Of a DNA stretch of 64,000 nucleotides, positions 24,495 through 36,815 are shown piece by piece (position 1 is the stretch's first letter; each line of letters begins with the position of its first letter). The translations under genes were made by a program, and so were the position numbers. A model generated the notes under the pieces. That model did not search any database. It was not told the origin of the DNA and worked only from the letters and a program-made list of their open reading frames with translations. The stretch comes from Macrostomum lignano (Eukaryota): contig NIVC01000403.1 of assembly GCA_002269645.1 (NCBI GenBank), positions 124,001-188,000 of the forward strand, read 5' to 3'.

Positions 24495-25957
24495 CTAAAT
24501 GTATATGTGGATTTGGTTAGAAATTATTATGTACATTACAGAAAGTATACTAATATGTAGTTATTTGTTTAGCTCCCTATAGTCAGGAAGGTGGCACTTT
24601 TATTGTACTAGAATTTTCTAGTGCAAAAAAGGATTCTATATCTTGCACTCAATGTACATACTTAGCCTTATGTTATAGTATAAGTACACATTCTTTAATA
24701 CACAGTGCATATTTACCCTTATAGCTAAAGAATAGTTCTAACACACACACTACACTAATTTGTTAATTATAGAAGCTCCTGTGTATTAAATTAATTGTCA
24801 AATTCAAACATGTACTATAAAAATTAAGAGACAATTTTAAACAATCATTAAGCATCTTTGAAAGTATAAAATAAATTTTAGAGTTCAATCCCATTAACTT
24901 CATATTAAATATGCACATTTACTAGTCATTATAAACAAACTGTTGCAACATATATTATAGCATATAGAAAATTATAGCATACAAGAACTGGAGTATACTG
25001 GTCATTGGCATACAACTTTGTATATGAAGGGGTCTAATATGCCTTCTTAACATATAGTCTAATATATAAAGATTGCCAAAACAGCAGATAGGACAAAATT
25101 TCAAGTCCTAACCAATGTACTACGCTTGATATACAAAAAATGATCAGGTTTAAGTTTTAGAATAGGCTTCACATGCATAGTTGGGATAGTTAAATTTTGA
25201 TCAAAAAGAATATCTCAAAAAAATAATGGATAACTAAAAAAGAAACTATGAAAAACAAAAATAATTAATATTAACTAATTCTTTTTTATAGAAATTATAG
25301 TTCAATAGAATACTAACAAGTCTTTATTTATTTTTGCTAAGATTAATTAAGATTTTCAGCTTAAAATATAGTTTGTCATTTTTTGTATTTGTTTTAGTAT
25401 ATTCTTATGTACAATATTAGCCCATTGGTATAGATTTTTTATTTTTTTTAAGCTTTGCACTACTAGCAAAGAATACTAATAGTAAAAGTTTGAAAACTAC
25501 TACGTACTAGCTAATAGGGGAAATCTATATAAAAAAAGAATAAAAACCATAAATTTTACATATAACTTATGTACTTTTATGCAAGTTGGTCTATATTTAC
25601 TATAAATAATTATAAAGAACAATTTATCACAAGTTTTATTTTTTATTATTAATATTTATTATGCTTATTATTAGGTTAGTTAAAAATATAATTTTTAAAA
25701 TTAAATTAGTAAATAGTTAAATTTATAGTAGTTATTATGGTTACTATGATTGTATAGATAAAAAATAGTTCTTTTTATAATCTATGCATAAGACATTATC
25801 TGGGCTTAAGGTTTTAACTTAATGTAACTAAAAAAATAGCAAAACTTTTTGTAGTTATTATATATAATATATATGAAATAAAATATCTTTGCCACTTATG
25901 AAAAAAAAATAATTATTCATCTCCAAAATGATATATAAAATCTAACATAGATTAATA

Positions 25958-26938
25958 CGAGGGGTGTCCCAAAAGTCGATGCACTTTCTTCACTACAGTA
26001 TTTTCTGATCGATCAGAAATATTAAGTCTTTTGCAGTTGAAAAGAGAATTATCTGCCCATTAAAATGACTTTCTGTTTATTTCTGTATCTGCTAGCATTC
26101 TTGAGATATGAGCACTTTTCTGCCCCACCCCCTGTGCTACTTTTACAAATTGCCATAGACCAAAGCTTTGTACCTGATGCACAAAACAACGAAACATTCA
26201 ACAAATCAACAAAACATCCGCAACATGAAAGCTAAGGAAAGAACAGTTAAAAGTTAATCAACATTGTCCTGAGGCTTCTCCACATAGTCACCACTATGCT
26301 GCACACTTCTGCCATCGGCTGTGCATGTCGACAACACACGTCCCACATGGCCAAGAAACTGGAGGAGACAATCGAGCAGGCAAATTTTGTGCTGCTCTCA
26401 CTGCTACCCTACTCTCTGGATTTCTCAACAGCTGACTTTGCCTTCTTTCCAAAGAGAAAGAAGCTGCTGCATGGACAAATCTTTGCTTGTCGTGGGAGCC
26501 TGGAAGCACTTGCCAAGTTCTCCTTCATGAGATGCTGCACTCAGATTTTGCTGATTGACGACATTGATGACTTGCACAGCCAATGGCAGAAGTATGCAGC
26601 GCAGTGGTGACTATGTGGAGAAGCCTCAGGACAATGTTGATTAACTTTTAACTGTTCTTTCCTTAGCTTTCATGTTGCGGATGTTTTGTTGATTTGTTGA
26701 ATGTTTTGTTGTTTTGTGCATCAGGTACAAAGCTTTGGTCTATGGCAATTTGTAAAAGTAGTACAGAGGGTGGGGCAGAAAAGTGCTCATATCTCAAGAA
26801 TGCTAGCAGATACAGAAATAAACAGAGTCATTTTAACGGGCAAATAATTCTCTTTTAAACTGCAAGAGACTTAACATTTCTGATCAGTCAAAAAAGACTG
26901 TAGTGAAGAAAATGCATAGACTTTTCGGACACCCCTTG
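25958..26938. mobile_element. Non-autonomous mariner/Tc1-family element with ~370-bp inverted arms and a transposase C-terminal remnant, in an OGA intron
   Basis: TA-CGAGGGGTGTCCC...GGACACCCCTTG-TA termini. Arms 25958-~26330 and ~26570-26938 are inverse copies. The internal + frame LLPYSLDFSTADFAFFPKRKKLLHGQIF...HSQWQKYA resembles the mariner HPPYSPDLAPSDFxLFPxLKxxLxGxRF...RWxKC tail. Confidence 0.88.
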
Positions 26939-27840
26939 TAGTTAACAATTATATTGAATAAGCTATAGGCTATAAGCTAGGCCTAGCTAAAGTCACTGAC
27001 AGAAACACTATAATATAACCTATATTATAGAAAGTTTTCTGTGTATTCCAGATACATTTTCATTGAATTTTCAATTATATGCCAACAAATTTTGAATGTA
27101 TACCAACTTTCTTAATATGTGCCAACAAAAACAAAAATAGAAATTAAACATAACCAGAAGTCAGAATCAGAACAGTATATTATAATTATAAATAGTTATA
27201 GTAAAAAATTGATGAATATTTAAATTTGAATTTAACTTACAAAAAATTGATAACAGCATGACAATTGTTGTAACGATTCTGGTAATTAAAATGATTAGTA
27301 AATGAGAAAATAGTAGCAGAAAATATGGTTTTTTAAATAACTTAACACAGAAAAATGCACAAAAAATATTCTTTATATTAATTTATATGCCAGTCATGTA
27401 TGCCACACTGTATGCCACACTGTACACAGCCAAGAAATGTACACTGGTATATGCTATAAAACTCAAGTGTATGCCAGAAAATTCCAGTGTACACACTCCT
27501 TCCGCAATATGGAATATAACCATAATATATTGATATTATTAACATGTTTCTTAATTATTTTCTAACTTACTAGCCTTTTTTATTTACATTGCTAATTTTT
27601 TACTTAATTTAGAATCTAGATGGTTTTTGTGTTATGTGTTAACCATAAAAATAACTATCTTGCTTTTTGTATGCTGTATGGTCACTGTAACAATAACAAC
27701 TGCCTAAATGTAAATAATAATTTTTAATAACATATATTATTTATTATAATATTGATTATATGAGTAAGACCACTCTAGTTAAATAGATACATACCAACAT
27801 ATGATACATTGATTAAGACAATATTTTAGGTAGTACTTAC

Positions 27841-27872
27841 CTTCAACAACACCACAAAGAAAGGTGTTTGAT
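27841..27872 (-). CDS. OGA: O-GlcNAcase 32-nt exon, the most 5' coding exon found
   Basis: Encodes SNTFLCGVVE(G), which joins FYGRPW to give the family motif FLCGVVEGFYGRPW. ATAACAG acceptor and GAAG|GTAAGT donor. It starts in phase 2, so at least one more exon lies upstream. Confidence 0.88.
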
Positions 27873-29018
27873 CTGTTATGCATAGGCCTAATAATACTAC
27901 TAGGTAGCTAAACAGGGTGAAATATGAAGTAGGAAGGTCTCTCAAGGACTGGTCAAAGATATATATATACTAATTTAACAGCACTTTTACTACTATAGAT
28001 TGCAATAAATTAAAACCACCAAAGGTAGCAGAAAATTTATAAATAATTTAAATATTACTGCAATAATATTTAATATGCAGGTTAATGCCTACTAAAATTA
28101 GGAAGTTCTCGCAAGAATGAAAAATTATATTACATAATATGAAATACAAAAAATGTGAAACTGGTAACGCGAAAACGATAATATAGTATTTGCAAGTTTT
28201 TAAACTTTATAGGCAGCAAGCCAGTTCGGTCGATGTCAATCAATAAATAACTGGAAAAATCTGGAACGAAAAATGAAAAATAGAAGCTAGAACTAAAAAT
28301 TGACAGCCATCAAGCATTTATGTACATAATTCAGTGTAATTTAAAGATAATATTTTAAGATAAGCGCTATTGAAGTACCTTTTTTTAATACAAAGTTTTT
28401 TATTTGTTATTTGTTTGAACGGTGCCTTTTTTTAATTGTGTTTCTAAAACTAAAATTAGCTTTCACGTTTCACGACTTCCTCGGTTGAATTATAAGGCCT
28501 TTTCATATTGCTTGTTCTGGTTCTAGAACCAGATCCATTTGTAAAGTATAACTTTTTGTCTCCTAATCTAGAGGGATATAAGTGCTTTAAAGTTGTGATT
28601 ATTGAATGGCAATAGCCAAGAAGAAAGTGAAAAATTGTGCAAAGTGAAGCTGTAAGGCAGTCAAACATTCAGTGCAGCAAAAAGTTAAATAGTTATACTT
28701 GCTTTTTTTCTTAGAAGATCCGAATTAATTCTGGTTTTGGAATTAGTAATGTGAAAAGCCCTATAGATAATCAAAAATCGGGACTACGAACAAACAAGAA
28801 TTCTAAAAAGTCTGCGGAAGAGAAACTGAGGTGGTTATTTGCGTGCATTGTGTTGGTGAAGGCGGGCAGGTCTGTATTCAGTTGGCTGTCTTGGCCCTTG
28901 GTGGTTTTTTTGCGCACTTGAATTTTTCTTCCTTCCGATTACAATTCTCTGCTTGCACATATTTATCTTAGAAAGCTAAACGTGAATAAATAATACTGGC
29001 TTTGAGAGGGGCTTCGTG

Positions 29019-29271
29019 CAGGGGCGAACCAAGGATTTCTCTATAACTAGAACCTATAGTTCTAGTTATAGAGAAATCCTTGGGCGAACCCAGGGTTAGG
29101 GTATGGGTGGCACCCAGGGGGCCATATCCCAATTCAAGTCGTGATAGAAATTATAGGCCATATTTTTTCGCTTCTAACTATATGCATGTACATTCTTATA
29201 TTGGGATGCACCTGTGGCACCTGTGTAGTTGTAAATGTATCTTCGTCCCAAAAAATCTGGGTCCGCCCCTG
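29019..29271. mobile_element. hAT-type MITE (253 bp) carrying an internal perfect palindrome
   Basis: TIR CAGGGGCGAACCAAG versus the reverse complement of the right end, CAGGGGCGGACCCAG. 8-bp TSD GCTTCGTG (29011-29018) / GCTTCGAG (29272-29279), one mismatch. Confidence 0.75.
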
Positions 29272-29669
29272 GCTTCGAGCTTGCTCGCACCCAGCTTCAT
29301 CTTCCTCAACGTCCTCTGCTTTCGCCTTCACTTCACTAACTATAGATCGAGTAGCTACATGTAGCATGCATGTACATGTACAGAGAGGACGTAGATAGAC
29401 CTGGGTCCTGAACATGTAAAATCATAACATGTAACATGTAAGGGACGCTTCAGCTTGGCTTCAAGAACTTCAAGAACTTAACTTGAAATGAAAAAGAGAT
29501 ACTTCTTCGATCCAACTCAATCCTGATCGAAGCCAGTTAGCTCAATTAAATTTATGAAGCTCTTAACGTTCAGGTCTTCAATAACAACGAAATTAATATG
29601 AAATCATCTATTTTCGTTCCCGTTTATAAATGCTGTAATATAGCGCTACACATGTACATGCACGTGTAA

Positions 29670-30130
29670 CTGTTGCGGCGAGCGTCGGCCTGGTGGTCAA
29701 CACGCAGAAAATCGTCGTGCACTGTGTGCCGGACGACATCGAGGTTGCTATTTTCTGCTAAGGCGCTGACGGGGCAGGTGACGAGGCTTCCGCGCTGTCA
29801 TCAGTTTGTCTACCTCGGCGGTCTGGTGCCTGACGTTCGCGAGGATCTGCGACGTCGCCGTAGACTTTCCCAGACTGCCTTCCGTTCCGTGAGGGCTGTC
29901 CTGCAGTCCGAGGCCCTGTTCCAGGCGGTGGTTGAGACCGTCCTGTTGTACAACGGACGGAATCGCTCATACAGCAGGTCGGTGCGGCGCACGCTGGCCT
30001 GCTGCGCGCCGCCTTCAAGATCGGCTACGAGTGACGAGTCGCCAGCAATGCGGCACTGCCTGCTGGCTGATCCCGGCGCCCGGACACTGCTGGCGGTGCG
30101 GCCTACTTTCGCGCCCAGGCCCTGAAACGC
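29670..30130 (+). mobile_element. Degenerate non-LTR retrotransposon relic (RTE-like RT thumb / C-terminal region)
   Basis: QFVYLGG...DLRRRRRLSQTAFRSVRAVLQSEALFQAVVETVLLY resembles the FxYLG...DxxxRxxxAxxAF...LFxAxVxxxLLY segment of RTE-type ORFs. It is deleted and frameshifted. Confidence 0.65.
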
Positions 30131-30651
30131 GCCTTGTGATATTGTCCCAATGCTTGACTGGCTGACAATATTTTTGTGGTCCTTGACTACATGTACCAAC
30201 TACAGTTATACAGGTTGTACATGAGGATGTACTAGCTAAGATTCGATACCAAGGGAGTTTATTTTATCATGAATTTGTTGCAATGTCAAATGAACTTTTA
30301 TTTTGCAGACTTGAAAATAACTGCAAGAACTGCAATATGAGAAAAAAATAGATAAAAAAATCCTTTTGTTTATATGATTTTTGTTCAAAGCAACCACTAA
30401 TTTTTCCGCTATCTCATGCTCAATCTCGTTTCTTCGAATGGTTTTCTATAGGAATTAACAAAACTGCGCAGCATTTTTTTTGCGCAGATTTGATTTAAAA
30501 ACAAAATACTGGGCGAAATCGCATAGAGCTGAGATACTGTGCCATAAAAGTTTTTCGTCTAAAACAAACTAAAAGTACATTTGATTAGAAGCAAAGAATA
30601 GAATCTCTATATCAATGGTGCGAGACTAAACTGTCTTTTTCACCGCTGATA

Positions 30652-31346
30652 TCACAGCGTGGTCACCTTTTGTTTCTCTTCGGTGACAGCAGCAGCGTTG
30701 CGAAGGCCATCGTCCAGAGCCAGGGGCGCCGACACCGCGGCGACGCCCTCCGCCATGCGGGCCAGACTGTTGACAATGCTGTAGTGCCGGTTCTGCTTCT
30801 CCCTTCGCTTGTCAATGAAAGCCAAGGCCCAGCCTTTCACTTTGTGCGACACCAAATACAATAATATTGGCGCAGGCGTCAGTATAGCGGTTGCTAAGGA
30901 CGCTATAGTTGCTAGGTCGCCAACGGCGCCGGGGCAGGCGTAGCGAAGGCCCGGCAGGGCCAGCAAGCACGCACAGTTGGCGGTCTCGGCGGCCATGGCT
31001 TTGCGGCGCGGCTTGCCTTGGCGGGCGAAGTAGCCGGCGCTGCCGCCAAAACAGAATCCGCAGGCGATGAAGCACAGAACGCAGCCGAGAACGGAAGCGT
31101 CCAGATGATCGATGGCGTAGTGGTTAATGTAGATGCCCAGCGTGGCCATCAGGATTGCAGCCAGCAGGAGCAGCGGCCTGCCCACCCAGTTCAGCAGCGC
31201 CTGCGCCCAGGTGCTGCGACAGGTGGCCAGCAGGGCGCCGAAGCTCTGGGAGGCGCAGAGTGGCAGCAGCCACAGAACTAGGCGGTAATAGCGGACATCG
31301 AACTTGAAGTAGCAGGTGAACACCACTATCCAGGCTGGTGACAGGC
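30652..31346 (-). CDS. SLC10/BASS-family transporter, terminal exon (model 35320-34676, 33066-32895, 31346-30652; about 503 aa)
   Basis: Hydrophobic helices; [27 protein letters not shown] matches the SLC10 GFxxGY...RRTxxxETG pattern. CCGCAG acceptor in phase 1 fits the upstream donor. Confidence 0.85.
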
Positions 31347-31363
31347 CTGCGGGTTGGATCGAA

Positions 31364-31552
<189 letters not shown>

Positions 31553-32572
31553 GTCTCACTACTAACAGTACTCCACCGCAGACGCGGCAATTACAACACT
31601 ATTATTCCATTTTGAAACTTGTCCCAAATGTAAATTGAAACGTCTAGAAAGTTTTACGATCGATCGCAGCCACTGCACGGATAGAGCTGCATCATGGCTA
31701 TTTTTCCCGATGGCGTGGCCAATTTGGTATGCGGTGGCCGGTCATTTCATGAGCCTGATTAGGCAGACAGCGGCCACAAATAGATGCACCACTGGCCGCC
31801 AATTTAGTCCTCTAGACGCAGCTCAAACTTCATGCCCCTATGCTCTCGCTCTCACTTCGCCCCCTCCATCTCTCTCTCTCTCTCAGTCGTCTCCCATTTA
31901 GCGAAACAAATTGTTGAAAGTGCAAAAAAGCGCGGGTCTCAGTTTCTTTTTCCCCTATACTGGGCAGAGCGTTTTGATTATCATTCTAGGAAATGGCCCT
32001 TCACGTATTGATGTAGGCGTGTTTGGTTAATTTATATATTACTCTGCTTTCTGTCCTCTTGCCAAGTCTTACTCTTAGTGCGGAGACAGCAGACATAATC
32101 TAGACGAAGCAAACTTACTTTTCTTACTCGCTATTTTCTACTCTCGCAAGCCAGCTCGATTGGACCCGTTTTGGTCAGTTTCGGACCAGCAAAACCCGTC
32201 CTATGGATGCTATTAATTATGCTGTGCCGGCTCGCTCCGGTGATAGTGATCCCCTCTGCATTAACTTAATTTTTCCTCCATTTCCCATGACCCCTAGCCG
32301 ACAACTTCAGATCAGTGTCTGCGGCCTCTGTCAGTCGAAATTCTGTCTGACAGTCTAGGTGTATTTTATCTGTCCGCGTCAGTTCTGTTATAAGGTTTTA
32401 TCGTTTTATGTTGGTCGCTGGCTGGCTTGGTCTGTGCAGCCGCGCACTATCCAGCACTGGTCGTTTCATATCCAGCCCTGGTTGTTTCATATCCAGCATT
32501 GGTCGTTTCATGCTCCCTTTAAATTGCTTCTTTTAAATTAGTTATTCTACAAACAAACCTCACTAACAATTA

Positions 32573-32835
32573 GTTGCATCACCACTCTCACTCCCGATTG
32601 GTTGCATCACCACTCTCACTCACACTTGTTTGCATCACTCTCACTCACACTTGGTTGCATCATTCTCACTCACACTTGTTTGCATCACTCTCACTCACAC
32701 TTGGTTGCATCACGTACTCTCACTCACACTTGTTTGCATCACTCTCACTCGCACTTGGTTGCATCACTCTCATTCACACTTGGTTGCATCACTCTCACTC
32801 ACACTTGGTTGCATCACTCTCACTCACACTTGGCT
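32573..32835. repeat. 25-bp minisatellite (GGTTGCATCACTCTCACTCACACTT)n in SLC10 intron 2
   Basis: Directly visible tandem copies. Confidence 0.92.
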
Positions 32836-32894
32836 ACAACTCTCAAACCCACTATGCACAACAACCTAAATGTCAAAATCCGCACAACACTCAC

Positions 32895-33066
32895 ACAGAT
32901 TGAGCAGGCAGTTCATAATGGACACTGCGGCGGACATTTTCCTGTCGCCAGACATGAGAAACACGGTCAGGTGGGCCAGGCCGCCGCCAGGCATTGACGC
33001 CGTGGCAACCAGCCCGAATCCGATTTCGGGACGCAGTCTAAACACGTGGTACAGACCGAACGCTAC
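32895..33066 (-). CDS. SLC10/BASS-family transporter exon 2, not in the ORF track
   Basis: My translation VAFGLYHVFRLRPEIGFGLVATASMPGGGLAHLTVFLMSGDRKMSAAVSIMNCLLNL contains the SLC10 PGGGxSxxxxxxxxGDxxLS motif. TTCCAG acceptor, GTGAGT donor. Confidence 0.9.
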
Positions 33067-34359
33067 CTGGAACGGTTAGATGAGAAGACACCTTGTAATT
33101 TATAATTAGACAACACCTAATCACCTAAGATATGGTACATTCTGTTTGTGTCATTGAATCATAAGTTGAGAAAAATGCGATATCATTTTAAATTATGACT
33201 AACGTACGACTCTTTTTAATTTCAGAATCTGAACTTGTTGGGTGCCGCAACTCCCATTTCGCTCTCTAACAGTGGTCAATTCTGCTTAGGTCTAATTGAA
33301 ATTGTCAGTCGATGCATTCATGGAGTTCCATGTTCATCGCTCTCTCGATATAGCTATCTGTTTTTCCTGTGAGCATTGGACGCTCCTAAATAGTCCTAGA
33401 GGCTAAATCTGAACCGCCTTGAGGCCAAACGGTTCGCCGCGTCCATGAAGTCTCGGTTGGTTATGCTAGCAGCTAATTGCATATAGTCCCTCTCCTCCCT
33501 CCGTCTCCACCGTCCATCTCAGTCGCACTCTGTAACACTGATCGGCGAATTTCCCAGTTCGAGCTGAGGCACAATTTATGCTTATCTTTGCCCAATTCTG
33601 GACAACTAATTGAACAAGCGACGGGCAAGCCAGAAGCATATAGCGCATAAAAAAGTGCACACTTATTTGTCTTTGGTCTCCGAAGTTGGCACTTAATCTG
33701 TGTCCACTTCTCACCGACCGTGTTTTTATCCCTTCTCAGGGCTCAGGCAAGGGAAATTAGCTGGCGGAAGCCTTGATCTTAGAGATTTATTTGGATTCTT
33801 GAGCCATCCTTCATCCTATCCCCATACGGGTCATTATCGCTGTGGCCTATTTTTAGACTCTCTTAATGATGAGGTCCGGTAAATCACAGCTGGTTGGTAA
33901 ATCACAGCGCTTATTGCACTGTTATTGCAATCGGCCAGAGGCTGCTCTGTGTGTAATTTAATAAACGGGAATAATGGCTTCCTATAATGCTTCTGGGCTC
34001 TATAGCTTTTATGTCCTTTGAGAGGCACTTTATTGTGCATAATTACGAGCGTAGTTGCATTTTTATATCAGCGCTATGCGAGTAAAGGCCACTGCTCATG
34101 GAACAGTTGATGAAAAGTCTGCGATTACTATAACTGTACAAAGCGTTCCAATAAAGCTTGGAATTCATATAGAGGATTACTAATAGCCAGACGTTGCATT
34201 CTAGACAGAAAAGGCAGCGATTTTAAGCTACGAGTAAAGTATGAGTCTAGTTAGATTGTCCTGTAATGCCATGTACTGCTGTCATTAGGAGTTGATAGAT
34301 TAAATGATGTTTATGATAACTAAAAGGTGCTGCATATTGACAATGTTAAGAGATCGGGC

Positions 34360-34620
34360 TGGGAGGATGTAGTAGTATATCTACCTCGGCGCTCTGATGT
34401 GCCAGCGGTCCAGGCTTGATTCCCATTGCAGTCACATTAATTTAGGGCTGAATTGGAATCTCGGCTTGGCTCTGCTCGTGCAATTAACGCTCTTGAGGAC
34501 CATGCAACCCCTAAGGCACATTGATAGCCGCTGTACACTCATGTCTGCGTACGTATCCGCGCGCTTGTGTGCCTGCTCAGGGGAGTCGGCGGAGTGGGCA
34601 GCAATGCCTCTTGCCGGTTG
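34360..34620 (+). mobile_element. Probable tRNA-derived SINE-like dispersed repeat (copy 2 of 3), in SLC10 intron 1
   Basis: Degenerate B-box GGTCCAGGCTTGATTCCC. The body CATGCAACCCCTAAGGCACA...GCCGCTGTACAC...GCGCGCTTGTG matches the reverse complement of 62880-63030. Confidence 0.45.
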
Positions 34621-34675
34621 TGTGACAATGTCGCTTAAAGTTGCGGCAGGTTAAAAACGCCTGCCGATTACTCAC

Positions 34676-35320
34676 TGGTGGCATCAGAGCGTGCTGGCCG
34701 ATCAGGCAGACCAGCAGTCCCAGAGGCCGACGGAAGTACGGCCCCAGCTCGGCGCAGTCGGTCACGCAGCCCATGCACAGTGCCAGGGTGCAGGCTACAA
34801 AGCCGACGCTGCACTCGAATACTCGATCGATCAGGCGCCATTTTCTCTTCGTAGCAACCGGCAGGGCGGCCTCCGCGATTGTCAAGCTGTCGCTTGATGG
34901 CGTTTCGTCAGCGGACGAAGCATTTATAGCCGTCAGGCGGAAGCTCAGCGTCGCCCTGCCGACATTGTTGGCCTCAATTGGCAGCTGGGCTGGGAATGGG
35001 TAGATCAGCCTGCGAGCGGCGCCGCTGACGCTTCCAACCGGGCCTCCGGCTCCCCCGAAGCCTCCCCCGCCAACGGCGGCGATGTGCCAGCTGCTGGTGC
35101 GCACCGTTGCTATGACAACCAGGCCAAGGTGGGCATAGCCGGGGCAGCAGGTGCAGTTGAGACTAATCTGTTTACTAGTTCCAACGGTGAGGTCTCCGAT
35201 CGAGTCGGGCTCCAGGAGCAGGGCGCAGTCGGAGGGCAGCTGCTGTGCGGCCAGGGGACTCAGCAGCAGCAGGGCGGACAGCAGCGAATGCAGGAGCGGC
35301 GGCCGCGACCGCAGCGCCAT
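34676..35320 (-). CDS. SLC10/BASS-family transporter exon 1 with signal peptide and long extracellular N-terminus (SLC10A3/A5-like architecture)
   Basis: MALRSRPPLLHSLLSALLLLSPLAAQ is signal-like; LCMGC...RRPLGLLVCLIGQHALMP matches the SLC10 MGC...RPxGxxxGxxxQFxxMP motif. GTGAGT donor at 34675. Confidence 0.88.
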
Positions 35321-35429
35321 GGAAGAGGTCAGCGAGTGCGTAGTCTTCGGCTGCACCGGATCTGTTGGACAAAAGCAAGTCGAGATGAGCAGGTCCATGA
35401 GCAGGCTAATACCGCGTGAGGGATGATGT

Positions 35430-35812
35430 AGGATTGCCAGGGATGTTGCTAGGTGTCAGGAGTGTTGTTGGAATTTCAAGAGTGGTATTGGGATGTCAGG
35501 AGCGTTGTTGGGATGTCAGGAGCGTTGTTGGGATGTCAGGAGTGTTGTTGGGATTTCAAGAGTGGTATTGGGATGTCAGGAGCGTTGTTGGGATGTCAGG
35601 AGCGTTGTTGGGATGTCAGGAGCGTTGTTGGGATGTCAGGAGTGTTGTTGGGATTTCAAGAGTGGTATTGGGATGTCAGGAGCGTTGTTGGGATGTCAGG
35701 AGCGTTGTTGGGATGTCAGGAGCGTTGTTGGGATGTCAGGAGTGTTGTTGGGATTTCAAGAGTGGTATTTGGGATGTCAGTAGTGTTGTTGGGATGTCAA
35801 GAGTGTTGTTGA
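35430..35812. repeat. 20-bp minisatellite (GGGATGTCAGGAGCGTTGTT)n
   Basis: Directly visible tandem copies with a recurring GGGATTTCAAGAGTGGTATT variant. Confidence 0.95.
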
Positions 35813-36324
35813 GGGGCTAAATCAGATCTTCCACCGTGGTTTCTTGGGGCCCTAAGTGGCAAGTTAAAACTGTGTACTAATTAACTATTGACTTTGCTCT
35901 CAAAGCAACATAGCAGCATATCTCGTCAAGCACTGTTGGGTGAAAGGAATATAAGAGAAAGCCCACCAACCTTCAGCGTGTCTGTCAGTTTGCACTTTTG
36001 CGCAAGACATGAAGATTAGAAGTCAAACAGCTCGTGCGCTAGTTGCTAGGGCTTGCGTTGGAAGGGGGGCGAAATGTTGCTGCCGCTGTGTGCGATCCAC
36101 TGGGAGAAAATCGATATGGTTCGGTCTCATCTAAGACACCGGTTCGCCCAAGAGACTCCACTTAACCAGCACTTGACATGGGGGGAAACGGTTGGACTTC
36201 TCTGTAGTTTTCTCTACTATATTCTTTTGATTCTTGCGGTTGCATTTGTACTTTTACGCTGAGAGGATTGAATTTGGGAGCTACGAGCTAATAGTACACA
36301 GTTGGTATATTTACGTGCCATGGC

Positions 36325-36815
36325 CAAGACTGAGGGTAGGAAACCGGGACTGAGGGTAGGCAACCGGGACTGGGGGTCCGGGACTGAGGGTAGGCAACAG
36401 GGACTGGGGGTAGGGTGAGACAACCGGGACTGAAGGTAGGCAACAGGGACTGGGGGTAGGCAACCGGGACTGAGGGTAGGCAACAGGGACTGGGGGTAGG
36501 GTGAGACAACCGGGACTGAGGGTAGGCAACAGGGACTGGGGGTAGGGTGAGACAACCGGGACTGAGGGTAGGCAACCGGGACTGAGGGTAGGCAACCGGG
36601 ACTGAGGGTAGGCAACAGGGACTGAGGGTAGGCAACAGGGACTGAGGGTAGGCAACAGGGACTGAAGGTAGGCAACAGGGACTGAGGGTAGGCAACCGGG
36701 ACTGAGGGTAGGCAACAGGGACTGAGGGTAGGCAACAGGGACTGAGGGTAGGCAACCGGGACTGAGGGTAGGCAACCGGGACTGAAGGTAGGCAACCGGA
36801 ACTCGCGGTAGGCAA
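36325..36815. repeat. 20-bp minisatellite (GGGACTGAGGGTAGGCAACC/A)n
   Basis: Directly visible tandem copies. Confidence 0.95.

Noticed and set aside
28456-28668. Short minus-strand ORF as the missing first coding exon of OGA
   Set aside because: No phase-2 donor with a credible consensus and no similarity to OGA N-termini; the start exon remains unlocated.
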